Positions 47,241-56,874 of a stretch of 64,000 nucleotides of DNA are shown here, one piece after another; the first letter of the stretch is position 1, and every line of letters begins with the position of its first letter. The stretch spans positions 1 through 64,000 of the IMG/VR virus record IMGVR_UViG_3300032224_000723; one strand, written 5' to 3'. The notes beneath the pieces are model-generated. The model was not told the origin of the DNA, did no database searches, and worked only from the letters and a program-made list of their open reading frames with translations. Made by a program: the position numbers and the translations under genes. The DNA is from a virus.

Positions 47241-49952
47241 ATGTTCATTACCGATTTATTTGAAGCAAAAAACACGCCTGTGATAGTAACATATCCAGGA
47301 CGCTTCCAACCCTTTCATCAAGGCCATGCAGGTGTATTTGCTGAACTGCAAAAACTCTTTGGCAAAAATAATGTTTATATCCTAACCAGCAACGATCAAT
47401 CAGGACCTAAGAGTCCTTTTAATTTTGCTGACAAACGTCAACTAATGACGGCTGCGGGTGTTCCTGGAGATCACATTGTACAGACTACTGCAATGTACGC
47501 ACTTCCAGAAGGATTTGACCCACGCAATACTATATTTGTCACAGCAGTGGGCGCACCCGATGCTGATAGACTAAACCCAGACTCAGTACTCAAAAGAGAC
47601 AAAAAAGACAAAGACGGCAATATAATAAAGCCTGCAGGCAGTCCAGGATACTACAAGACTTGGGGTGGTGCGGCTCAAGCAGTCACAGCAGATCAACACG
47701 GATATGTTGTTGTAATTCCTGAAATACACAAAGAAGTTAAAATTAAAGATCGTGTCTACGATGTAAGTCATGGCACAGAATGTCGTAACCTATGGAATAT
47801 GATACGTGGTGATGCTAAAGCCAGGTCAGAATTTTTAAGTCAGTTATATGGTAGACCTGATGCTAAGTTAGGACAAATATTTGACAAGATTCCTGCAGCA
47901 GTAGCAGAAGGTGATCCAGCGACTGCCACAAGAGGAGATCCTCATCCTGAAAATGATTTTTATTTTCCCGTCAAAGATCAATGGCCTGAAAAACTTGGCC
48001 CAATGGGCAAAGTGGCAGAAGATGCACCTCCTGGTGCCAAAGCTGAACGTATGGTCAAGCATATTAAAAAAGGATATGCTCGGGACGGTAAACTAACTGA
48101 CAAAGAAAAATCAATTGCTTTTGCCACAGCATGGAAGGCACACAATGCTGGAAAAGTAGAAGAAACAGATATCAATGCAGTAGTAGACACTAATACAGAT
48201 GCCCGCGGGAAACAAGATACATTAGGACTTAATGTTGGCACAAAAGTGGGCCCAGGTAATGCATCAGTACAACCAATAGCATCAGTTTCCCAAGACTATG
48301 ACCCAACACAAGTAACTGCTGGTGTTAATGCAAATTATGGATTGGATGTGGGCAAGGGCAGTGTCACTGCTGGCGTTACAAGAATGAGGGGCATGCCTAA
48401 CAACCAATTTAATCTACAAGCAAACTATCCAGTGGGCAGTGGCAATTTTAATGCTGGAGTATCTAGCTCCAAAGATCAGCCAAATAATATTAATCTAGGA
48501 TACTCTAATGGTGGATTTAATATTGGTTACAATCAATCTCAAGATGGTAAAAATAAAAATCTAGTAGCCAAATACACAAAGACTTTTGAAGAGTGGAGTC
48601 AAAAGTATAAGAAAAGTATCAACTGTAGTCATCCAAAAGGCTTTAGTCAAAAGGCTCATTGTGCTGGTAAAAAGAAACACAATGAAAGCATTGAAATGGA
48701 AATGACATGCCCTGATTGTGGCATGTGCGAAACACACGGTGATCATTCAAAAAATAAATTAGACGAATTAAAGTGCTGGCCAGGTTATACTAGAGTTCAA
48801 GGTGTACCAGCTGGTGCTCCAGGTAGTTGCAAAAAGAAAAAGAAAACTAACGAAGCAGGATCACCGGCACAACAAGCCGCTATTGCTATTGCAATGAAAA
48901 AAGCTGGCAAGAAACCAAAGCACGTTGACGAAGATGCTGCCGGAGTAGGTGTTGTTGCCACAAATAAGAAAATGGCAAGAGATCCACGTTACTCTACTAG
49001 TATGACAGTAGATGTACATCCAGACACTCCCAAGAAACAACTCAAAGCACTGAAACTTGCTGAAATGAAACCCAGCGACTTTGAAATAAGAAACTTTGAA
49101 AAGCTGGATACTATATTAGCAGAACTATGCCGGCAAGTTATTGCACATCAAAAAAACGATGCCGACTATTGGGGTATGGTGGCTGCTTGTGTTGTTGATC
49201 CCGATGACAACGTAGTACCCGGCATTAATTATTTAGACGATAGCGGCAAGCGTGTTCACGCAGAACGTGCAGCCATTGATTCCTATCGTGAACACTTTGG
49301 CGAAATACCTGAAGGCAGTATCATTGTTACTACACTAAGCCCTTGCTGTCATCCATTGGAAGAACGCTATGGTGAAAGTTGTACTGAACTAATCAACGAC
49401 ACAGACGTACACAAAGTCTATTGTGGATACAAAGATCCTACGCAAGAACAAACAATGAATCGTACATTCCATATAATGCAGACACGTAATGCTAGCATTG
49501 TGGAACTATGTAAATCATTTGCAGATACATTTCTTGGCAAAATAAACGAAGAAACTGAAAACAAACACAGCATTGACGAAGATGAAATGATGGTCATGGT
49601 CCGAGAGTTTTTGCCAGTGGCTATGAAGGATTTAAAGATTAAACGTCTACCACACATTGTGCTACAACCTTATGTAGAAGAACACGATGGACAAGCAACA
49701 TTTGGTAGATTTGTTGATTCTGAAGAACGCATTTATCTGGGCATTGCGGATCGTCATCCTGTGGACATACTACGCACATTAGCACATGAACTAGTACATT
49801 TTAAACAGTACGAAGATGATAAGATGTATCCAGGTGCTGGCCAAACAGGTAGCCCGATTGAAAACGAAGCACACGTTGTAGCAGGCATTATCATGCGTCA
49901 CTTTAATAAAAAGTATCCCATGGCCATTAAGTCCAAACCCCTGGAGTTATAA
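47241..49952 (+). CDS. Mosaic polyprotein: HxGH nucleotidyltransferase, beta-rich module, basic/Cys peptides, deaminase, HExxH metallopeptidase
   Basis: YPGRFQPFHQGH; HAERAAID..LSPCC..C; LAHELVHFKQ..PIENEA; modules joined at xxE linkers; MFITDLFE start. Confidence 0.85.
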   Translation: MFITDLFEAKNTPVIVTYPGRFQPFHQGHAGVFAELQKLFGKNNVYILTSNDQSGPKSPFNFADKRQLMTAAGVPGDHIVQTTAMYALPEGFDPRNTIFVTAVGAPDADRLNPDSVLKRDKKDKDGNIIKPAGSPGYYKTWGGAAQAVTADQHGYVVVIPEIHKEVKIKDRVYDVSHGTECRNLWNMIRGDAKARSEFLSQLYGRPDAKLGQIFDKIPAAVAEGDPATATRGDPHPENDFYFPVKDQWPEKLGPMGKVAEDAPPGAKAERMVKHIKKGYARDGKLTDKEKSIAFATAWKAHNAGKVEETDINAVVDTNTDARGKQDTLGLNVGTKVGPGNASVQPIASVSQDYDPTQVTAGVNANYGLDVGKGSVTAGVTRMRGMPNNQFNLQANYPVGSGNFNAGVSSSKDQPNNINLGYSNGGFNIGYNQSQDGKNKNLVAKYTKTFEEWSQKYKKSINCSHPKGFSQKAHCAGKKKHNESIEMEMTCPDCGMCETHGDHSKNKLDELKCWPGYTRVQGVPAGAPGSCKKKKKTNEAGSPAQQAAIAIAMKKAGKKPKHVDEDAAGVGVVATNKKMARDPRYSTSMTVDVHPDTPKKQLKALKLAEMKPSDFEIRNFEKLDTILAELCRQVIAHQKNDADYWGMVAACVVDPDDNVVPGINYLDDSGKRVHAERAAIDSYREHFGEIPEGSIIVTTLSPCCHPLEERYGESCTELINDTDVHKVYCGYKDPTQEQTMNRTFHIMQTRNASIVELCKSFADTFLGKINEETENKHSIDEDEMMVMVREFLPVAMKDLKIKRLPHIVLQPYVEEHDGQATFGRFVDSEERIYLGIADRHPVDILRTLAHELVHFKQYEDDKMYPGAGQTGSPIENEAHVVAGIIMRHFNKKYPMAIKSKPLEL

Positions 49953-51466
49953 TGCGAGCACATGAGTTTATAACAGAAGCCAAAACAACCCGAGAAGATT
50001 TTGAGGGCATGACCATTGAGATGGTTAAGAATGGTCATGTATTAGTGATCAATGCGCTTGATGATTGGGGCAATAACGTATTGGGTTCTGTTGCTTTTAA
50101 CATTGGCGATGACAATGAACTAGATCCGCAAGACTTAAAAGTTGATGAAAGATATCAAGGTCAAGGTATTGCTAAAATAATGTATGATTATGCAAAAAGC
50201 AAAGGCTACGAGATTCATCGTAGCTATGACCAGACTGATGCAGGCAAGGGTTTTTGGGACAAGCATCGCGGAGAAGATGTTCGTGTTTGGGAAGCCTTTA
50301 ACCGACCTTATAAAGGTAAATGGGAAAAGAGTGAATATAGTGGTAGTGTTGATGTATTAACCAAGTTGCCTGACGGAACACATTTGAGTATTATGTTCAA
50401 TGATGAAGGTGATGGAGAATATCAAGTTGAATTTCATAGAAACAATAGTCAATCAGTTACTGGCGAAGGTGACGCTCAACGAATATTTGCCACAGTATTA
50501 GCAGCCATACAAACATTCATTAAAAAATACAAACCCTGGCGTTTAACATTCTCTGCAAGTAAAGAAATAGACATGGACGCAGATTATGACCAGGCACGAT
50601 TTAATCCAGAAAGTCGTGCTAAGTTATACAACAGAATGGTACAGCGTTATGCAAGAGCATGGGGTTATGAGGATTATGCTGAGGATCATGGCGACCAAAT
50701 CACATATGAACTTACACAATTAAAGCAAGGTGCAGTAAAAGAAGATGTTCGTGTTTGGGAAGGCAAACAAACTGTTACTGAATACAGAGATAGGATGTAT
50801 CAATATCTCAAGAGTATTGTTCCAAATTGGCCAGACTATATTGTAAAAGATTGGTTATATGCCAACTTTGCCAAAGGACCAACACAAACCGCCAACTGGA
50901 GTTTTGAAACTATAGGAAAAGATATTCCTGTTATGTTAAAGGACATGGGACTAAGCGTTAACACCAATTGGCAACTTGTACCTAATATGAAGTTTACGAT
51001 GAACATGTGGGAACCAAAAACTTTAAAACGCCTACAAGCCAGAGCAGGTGGTAATACTAAAAGTGCGGACCCTATGGTACATATACCTGCCAATGATGCC
51101 GAACGTCATGCCACACAGGCTGCACTTGCAAAGCAACAAGGCGGTGTGCGTAATGAGCCTGTTATCTTAATGAAAACTGCACAAGGTTATGAATTGCTTG
51201 AAGGCTGGCATAGAACTATACAACATTTTGCTATGTATCCACAAGGTTATACTGGTCCAGCTTATGTAGCAGTAGCTGGTGCTGTACAAGAAAACTTTGC
51301 CGACGGACGTAATCCACAAGACAAAGGCGATAGCAAACGCTATCATGTACCTACTAAAAGCAGTGTCAGCAACTTACGCAAATTTGCTAAAAGTCACAGT
51401 GGACGTGCGGCACAGTTAGCACATTGGGCCGCAAATATGAAAGCTGGCAGGGCTAAAAAGAAATGA
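49952..51466 (+). CDS. Mosaic polyprotein: GNAT acetyltransferase, unknown domain, ParB/Srx-like domain, basic peptide
   Basis: VDERYQGQGIAK..QTDAGKGFW; EPVIL..YELLEGWHR; MRAHEFITE start. Confidence 0.85.
   Translation: MRAHEFITEAKTTREDFEGMTIEMVKNGHVLVINALDDWGNNVLGSVAFNIGDDNELDPQDLKVDERYQGQGIAKIMYDYAKSKGYEIHRSYDQTDAGKGFWDKHRGEDVRVWEAFNRPYKGKWEKSEYSGSVDVLTKLPDGTHLSIMFNDEGDGEYQVEFHRNNSQSVTGEGDAQRIFATVLAAIQTFIKKYKPWRLTFSASKEIDMDADYDQARFNPESRAKLYNRMVQRYARAWGYEDYAEDHGDQITYELTQLKQGAVKEDVRVWEGKQTVTEYRDRMYQYLKSIVPNWPDYIVKDWLYANFAKGPTQTANWSFETIGKDIPVMLKDMGLSVNTNWQLVPNMKFTMNMWEPKTLKRLQARAGGNTKSADPMVHIPANDAERHATQAALAKQQGGVRNEPVILMKTAQGYELLEGWHRTIQHFAMYPQGYTGPAYVAVAGAVQENFADGRNPQDKGDSKRYHVPTKSSVSNLRKFAKSHSGRAAQLAHWAANMKAGRAKKK
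50272..50762 (+). repeat. 23-bp direct repeat AGAAGATGTTCGTGTTTGGGAAG flanking an in-frame module
   Basis: Identical copies at 50272-50294 and 50740-50762 (EDVRVWE twice). Confidence 0.9.
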
Positions 51467-51999
51467 AACTTGTTGAGTTTAGTCCACTGACTTTGCCGGG
51501 TAGTTTCCATCGCGGATTAGTGTTCAACAAGTTATGGCTAATACACGAATTAGAAAAAATACAAAATAGTTTTAGTACAATCTACATACTGGGATCATGG
51601 TATGGAAACATGAGTATTTTACTGGCACGAAGTTCCATTGAATTTGACCATATAGTCAACGTAGACACTGATAAACAAGCAATGGTTACTGGGCAACGGA
51701 TAGCTCAACACATGGGCATTGATGATAAAATTGAGCCAATGGTCAAAGATGCTAATGCGTTAGACTATAGACAATTAGATTCTGATGGATTGGTAATAAA
51801 TTGTAGTTGCCATGACATGACCAATCAAGGCTGGTTTGATAATATTCCCCAGGGAGTTATGGTAGCATTACAAAGTAGAGACGATGTCAATGACGATTTA
51901 ACTGATTACGCATTGAGTCAAACACTGTTTGAAGGCACCAAGCAATTACGTGATCCAGAAACAGAATATACTAGCATATTAAAAATAGGTATAAAATGA
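51463..51999 (+). CDS. Class I SAM-dependent methyltransferase
   Basis: IYILGSWYG, VNVDTD, KDAN, VINCSC. Confidence 0.8.
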   Translation: MKLVEFSPLTLPGSFHRGLVFNKLWLIHELEKIQNSFSTIYILGSWYGNMSILLARSSIEFDHIVNVDTDKQAMVTGQRIAQHMGIDDKIEPMVKDANALDYRQLDSDGLVINCSCHDMTNQGWFDNIPQGVMVALQSRDDVNDDLTDYALSQTLFEGTKQLRDPETEYTSILKIGIK

Positions 52000-52298
52000 A
52001 CGAAGTAAAAATTACAGCAGATATCTACTGCGATCACAATTTTAGACCACTTGAGTTTGCTACAGATGGGGAAAAGTCCTATAGAGTATATGTAAACGAC
52101 GACTTAATAACAGAACGCACATATATTTGGCATAATAACGAATACTTTGTGCGGGAAAACATTGTAGTTAGGTTACCTGCAGGCGAACACAAATTTAAAG
52201 TAGTACCGGCGTATCCATTCTTTAATGTATTTTTCTTTAAAAACTTTACAGTAAATGATCAGTTACAACTTTATGATGGCCAATTCCATATAGACTAA
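51996..52298 (+). CDS. Hypothetical protein
   Basis: YRVYVNDDLITERTY. Confidence 0.7.
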   Translation: MNEVKITADIYCDHNFRPLEFATDGEKSYRVYVNDDLITERTYIWHNNEYFVRENIVVRLPAGEHKFKVVPAYPFFNVFFFKNFTVNDQLQLYDGQFHID

Positions 52299-52324
52299 TA
52301 AATATAACATATTGAGGATTTCAC

Positions 52325-53317
52325 ATGAAAAGCTACGATTTTTTAACTGAAGGCATTGTCGAAGACGCACACGAAATGCACCAGGATCACGAAGTACAAA
52401 TGGCACGTAAGGACTGCTACCAAGCCGCAGAAAATGCTATTGCACTACACAAACTACTGCGTCACGTCAGTGAAAATCAAGGCATTGAGGGATGGGTAGC
52501 TGCTAAAATTACATTGGCCAGCGACTACTTGAACACAGTGCGTGAATACTTGGAATACGAACTAATGAATCAGCACAGCGAGCCAATGGCCGGTGCTCCT
52601 GTTAGTGTTGAGTTTCCTATTGCCGAAAGTCGTCAGATAGACGAAAGCAAAATGAAGGATCTAGACTTAGATTTAAAAAAGCCTCCAGTGGGCATGACAG
52701 ATCAAGCGTTTAAGAAAAAATACAACATGACCAAAGCAGAAGCTAATTCTAAGTTTTCTGCTAAAAAAGAAGTTGAAGAAGGCGTCATTGGTAAAAAGAA
52801 GCCTAAAGCAGATAGTTACCACATTGTTGGCAAAGATGGCAAGCCAGTAAACCTAGCTAGTTATAATGACCGTGCAAGTGCTGAAAAGGATCGTGACGAA
52901 AAACATCCTGGTGCTAAAGTACAACAAGTTGGCGCAAGAGGTAAAGTTAAAGGTGTTACAGAAAATGTTGATGCCAATACAATTTGGAATCAATATGGTC
53001 ATTACTCTAAGGATGACTTAATGCAGGAATTCCCACAATTAAGTCCTAAAGATGCACAGACTATTGTTAACTTTGCTGAATATGGTTGGACAAATATGCC
53101 TAACCGTCAAGAGTATAGAGATGAAGTAATAAAGAGAGTACTACATGCTATGAGCGGACGACAAGGTGTTTCAGAAATGAGCGCAGGTAGTGTTGCTACT
53201 GTGGTCAATCCTACACCTAAGAACAAAGCAAAAGTAGGTACACTGTTTGGTGGCACTTATCAAAGAGAAGAAGCAGATACTCCTTCTAAAAAAAGAATGT
53301 TTAATAAAAAGGCCTAA
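52325..53317 (+). CDS. Mosaic head-associated polyprotein
   Basis: MKSYDFLTE start; DHEVQMAR..EGWVAAKITLASDYL; xxE-delimited modules. Confidence 0.75.
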   Translation: MKSYDFLTEGIVEDAHEMHQDHEVQMARKDCYQAAENAIALHKLLRHVSENQGIEGWVAAKITLASDYLNTVREYLEYELMNQHSEPMAGAPVSVEFPIAESRQIDESKMKDLDLDLKKPPVGMTDQAFKKKYNMTKAEANSKFSAKKEVEEGVIGKKKPKADSYHIVGKDGKPVNLASYNDRASAEKDRDEKHPGAKVQQVGARGKVKGVTENVDANTIWNQYGHYSKDDLMQEFPQLSPKDAQTIVNFAEYGWTNMPNRQEYRDEVIKRVLHAMSGRQGVSEMSAGSVATVVNPTPKNKAKVGTLFGGTYQREEADTPSKKRMFNKKA

Positions 53318-53320
53318 GCT

Positions 53321-54790
53321 ATGAGCGACCTACGCCAACTAATTGCAAAAATGGACCAAATCGAATCGGGTTCATTGCCAAAGAAGAAAAAAACTATTAA
53401 AGAAGATGCTGCTATTCCTGTGTCATCGGGCGGCGATATTATTGGTGGTATAAAATCACTGGGGCCTAAAGTAGCTAAAAAAGTTGTCCCTGCATTGGGT
53501 TTCGTTGATGCTGGAATGAGAGCACACGAAGGTGATTACACTGGTGCGGCTATAGGCACTTTGGGCGGCATTACTGGCGCAATACCACATCCGATAGCAC
53601 AAGGTATATCATTGAGTGCAGATGCTGTAAATCAATTACGTGACTACGCCAAGGAAAAAGGCGGATGGGGCGAAGTAGCCAAAGAAATTAGTCAGTCAAT
53701 GAAAAGCCATGATGATAATAATTTTCTTCCTGAAAATTTAGAAACATTAGACGAAGAAGGACTACGTAGTTGGTTAGCTAAAAAAGGTATTAGTGCTGCT
53801 GAATATTTAAAAAATTTAGTTAAGCCTGCAGAAAAAGAAATTGCTGATGTAAGTGCTGCCCGCCCAACTGATATTTCTGGAATCGGTTCTGATGTTCCTG
53901 GCACGATAAGAGTTGGTACTCCAGCAAAACCACCCGAAGTTCCTTCAGCAGCCACAACTACAAAATCACTGGATCAACGTGCCCAAGCTGCGAGCGAGAT
54001 AAATGCAAAATTAGATACGTTACCAAAACCTAAAATAAATGCTAAAGATTATCAAGCACAATTAGCAAAACAACAAGAACTAGAAAAACAATTAAAAGAT
54101 CCAAGACCCGCAGTATGGAAAGATCCAAGAAATCCTGAATTGCCAGCGTCAAAATCTCCCCCAGCGGCAAATGTGGAACCTCCACAACCATTGAATGGTA
54201 AATCATTTAAAGATGCTTCAGCAGAAGTTAATAAAACCACCGGGCCTAAAGTAAATAGAGATGAGTTAGGAAGACCGTTGGACAATCAAGGTCGAAACAC
54301 CACAACCTTAGGTGGTGAGCCTATTACCTATGATGCAGCCGGTAATCCTAGCATTGGCACTACGCCTAAATCTAATTTTAATAGACCAAGTTCAGCTAGA
54401 GGTGACACAGAAATGGGTCCTGAAATAGATCCTAATGCACCACCTGAATGGTTTCAACAATGGCAGGCAAACCAGCAAGCCCAGCAATTACCCCAACCGC
54501 CGGTAGATGCAGACAAGCCGGGTATATTGAAATCAATTGGCAAAGCAATGTGGAATAATCCAAAAACAACTGCCGCAGTTGCCACTGGGGCAGAGTACGA
54601 AAGAGAAAAAAATGCTAACTGGAAAGGTGCTAAAGCAGCTGGTCAACTTGCACACCCAGATGATGATTTTTGGTCATATCAAAATCAAATAAAAGACTTT
54701 GGTGTTAAACCAGAACTAAAAACTCCTACCAAAGAATCATTACAAAATAAATTGTTTAACGAATTTAAAACATTTGTAGAAAAGAAATAA
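53321..54790 (+). CDS. Low-complexity virion/ejection-type protein with Gly-zipper segment
   Basis: GDYTGAAIGTLGGITGAIP; Pro-rich; ends LFNEFKTFVE. Confidence 0.7.
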   Translation: MSDLRQLIAKMDQIESGSLPKKKKTIKEDAAIPVSSGGDIIGGIKSLGPKVAKKVVPALGFVDAGMRAHEGDYTGAAIGTLGGITGAIPHPIAQGISLSADAVNQLRDYAKEKGGWGEVAKEISQSMKSHDDNNFLPENLETLDEEGLRSWLAKKGISAAEYLKNLVKPAEKEIADVSAARPTDISGIGSDVPGTIRVGTPAKPPEVPSAATTTKSLDQRAQAASEINAKLDTLPKPKINAKDYQAQLAKQQELEKQLKDPRPAVWKDPRNPELPASKSPPAANVEPPQPLNGKSFKDASAEVNKTTGPKVNRDELGRPLDNQGRNTTTLGGEPITYDAAGNPSIGTTPKSNFNRPSSARGDTEMGPEIDPNAPPEWFQQWQANQQAQQLPQPPVDADKPGILKSIGKAMWNNPKTTAAVATGAEYEREKNANWKGAKAAGQLAHPDDDFWSYQNQIKDFGVKPELKTPTKESLQNKLFNEFKTFVEKK

Positions 54791-54791
54791 C

Positions 54792-56873
54792 ATGAGTGAT
54801 ATGCGCCGACTACTAGAAGCCATGGACAGCATGAGTCGTGCTGAGAAGAAACCCACAGGTCCAAAATTTCCAGGTTACTGGAAAGGTACAGATCCTGCCA
54901 GTGCTGCTAAAAATAAAATGGTTGGCGGCTGTGAGCAAGAAAGTGTTATTCCCGAACTAGCAAAAACAGCAAAGAAGAAATCTACAGAATGGGAATTAGA
55001 AGAAGCATTCAAACAATTTAAAGAAGGCGAATTTAGACGAGACGTTATCCCCCAACAACAAGCACCAGTGAATACTAAATTAGATCCAGGATATGGAAAG
55101 CCTTTAGATAGACTTCCTGATCCTCAAGGAGATCAAAGCGGCGGATTTAAGAAAGTACTGCCCGGTGAAAAATTTGATAAAGACCAATGGTCTCTGCCAG
55201 GTAAACCTAGCGGTACTCCTAATTTGCCAGTTAGTCCTGATGTCAATACCCCATTATATACACCGCCGTATGCAGGTGATCCAGGTCTGGGAGTAAAAGT
55301 TCCCACTGATAGATTTGATGTCATTGGTGATGGGCCCACCTATGCACAAGGAATCAGACCTCCTTATCAAGCCAGATATAAACCTGGCAAAGAACCTGTA
55401 GAATTAAAAACAACAGAACCGCCAGTTTCAGTAGCTGGTCCAGAGCAAGAAAAATTTGATGTTAAGACTAATTCAATTAAAGTTAATCCAGCAACTGGTA
55501 ATGTTACTAAACAAGATAAACCTGAATTTGCTGGTCCCACAGATACATTTATCAAAGATAAGAATGGCAAGTGGGTAGAGAATCCAAAATACTCAAAGCC
55601 TAATACAGATATTAGTCCAGAAGAAAATGCTGAAATTGATCAACAAATAAAACAACAGCAACAAGTACAGCAACCACCGGAAGTTAAACCTGCCCCAGAA
55701 GTTAAATCAGTATCCACTACTGGTTCAGATACACTAAGAACTAATATAAACAAAGCCAGTAGCGGAAGTGACAACTCTGCCGTTAAAACTGGAACCTCTT
55801 CTCCCACACAAACTGAGCCAGAACCTCGACCAGGTAGCTGGCAAGAACTTGCAAAACTGAATAATATCACTGATCCTACTAAATTACGTGCAGGACAAAC
55901 AATTAGATTGCCGGACGACAGTAATTATACCATAAGTCCAAATGATACACTTAGTGGCATTGCTCACTCCTTGCGTACTACTGGTCAGCCACCAGGACAA
56001 CTAAAAAGCCAAAAAACTACGCAAGCTGATCGAGATCAAACTCCACCGTCCGATGGGACAGCAAAATCTGTAACTACTACACCAGTATATGTGGGTGGTA
56101 AGGCTAAAAGAAAAGCAGCGACTATTACAACACCAGAGATTAATTATTCACGAGACCCTGATGTCATGTCTGATCCAACTGCACCAGAAACTAAAGGATA
56201 TCAACGTAGTCCAGAACAAAAAGCCGCAGATGCGGCTGCACTAGCCGCGGCAGAACGAGCAGAAAGAGCACGACAAAAACTAAGATCGAACTTGCCGCAA
56301 TCAAAAAACAAACCAAAACCTCAAATCGCTGTTCCTGAATCATTCAGTCAACGACTAGCCAAAGACTTCGAACAGTTTTTAGAATCAGACGAGCCTTATT
56401 CGGGTTACGATCAAGATGTTAAAAAATTAAAACAACGTGCCAAGTTAGGCCCGATGAAAACTGTATGGGATGAGAAAACACAGAGATATCGTGTAGTACC
56501 AGTTAAGCCACAGGAAAAACAAATTAAAGAATATGGTAATGCACAAGACGCTAACCAACAAGCTACTAATGCCAACCAACAACAAACATCGCAAACAGGT
56601 GACCAAAAAGCCATAGACCAACAAGTAGACATTGCCACTGCTAAGTCAACAATGTCTGGCTTAAAAAATGTTCTTGGTCCACAACTTAATACCAATGCTG
56701 CTGCCAGTGGTGTTGTAAAAATGAATGACGGGAAACCTTTATCAGTACCAGAACGTGAAGCGATAAGTACACTAACACCATTGGTATCAAAAGCAGCAGA
56801 AAATCCTGCTACCGCCAGTGCATTAAAGTCAGCGTTAAGTACAGCAGGTATGTTGGCCAAGCAAGGAAAATAA
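54792..56873 (+). CDS. Low-complexity virion protein with LysM-like domain
   Basis: MSDMRRLLE start; LAKLNNITDPTKLRAGQTIRLP..YTISPNDTLSGIA. Confidence 0.75.
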   Translation: MSDMRRLLEAMDSMSRAEKKPTGPKFPGYWKGTDPASAAKNKMVGGCEQESVIPELAKTAKKKSTEWELEEAFKQFKEGEFRRDVIPQQQAPVNTKLDPGYGKPLDRLPDPQGDQSGGFKKVLPGEKFDKDQWSLPGKPSGTPNLPVSPDVNTPLYTPPYAGDPGLGVKVPTDRFDVIGDGPTYAQGIRPPYQARYKPGKEPVELKTTEPPVSVAGPEQEKFDVKTNSIKVNPATGNVTKQDKPEFAGPTDTFIKDKNGKWVENPKYSKPNTDISPEENAEIDQQIKQQQQVQQPPEVKPAPEVKSVSTTGSDTLRTNINKASSGSDNSAVKTGTSSPTQTEPEPRPGSWQELAKLNNITDPTKLRAGQTIRLPDDSNYTISPNDTLSGIAHSLRTTGQPPGQLKSQKTTQADRDQTPPSDGTAKSVTTTPVYVGGKAKRKAATITTPEINYSRDPDVMSDPTAPETKGYQRSPEQKAADAAALAAAERAERARQKLRSNLPQSKNKPKPQIAVPESFSQRLAKDFEQFLESDEPYSGYDQDVKKLKQRAKLGPMKTVWDEKTQRYRVVPVKPQEKQIKEYGNAQDANQQATNANQQQTSQTGDQKAIDQQVDIATAKSTMSGLKNVLGPQLNTNAAASGVVKMNDGKPLSVPEREAISTLTPLVSKAAENPATASALKSALSTAGMLAKQGK

Positions 56874-56874
56874 A

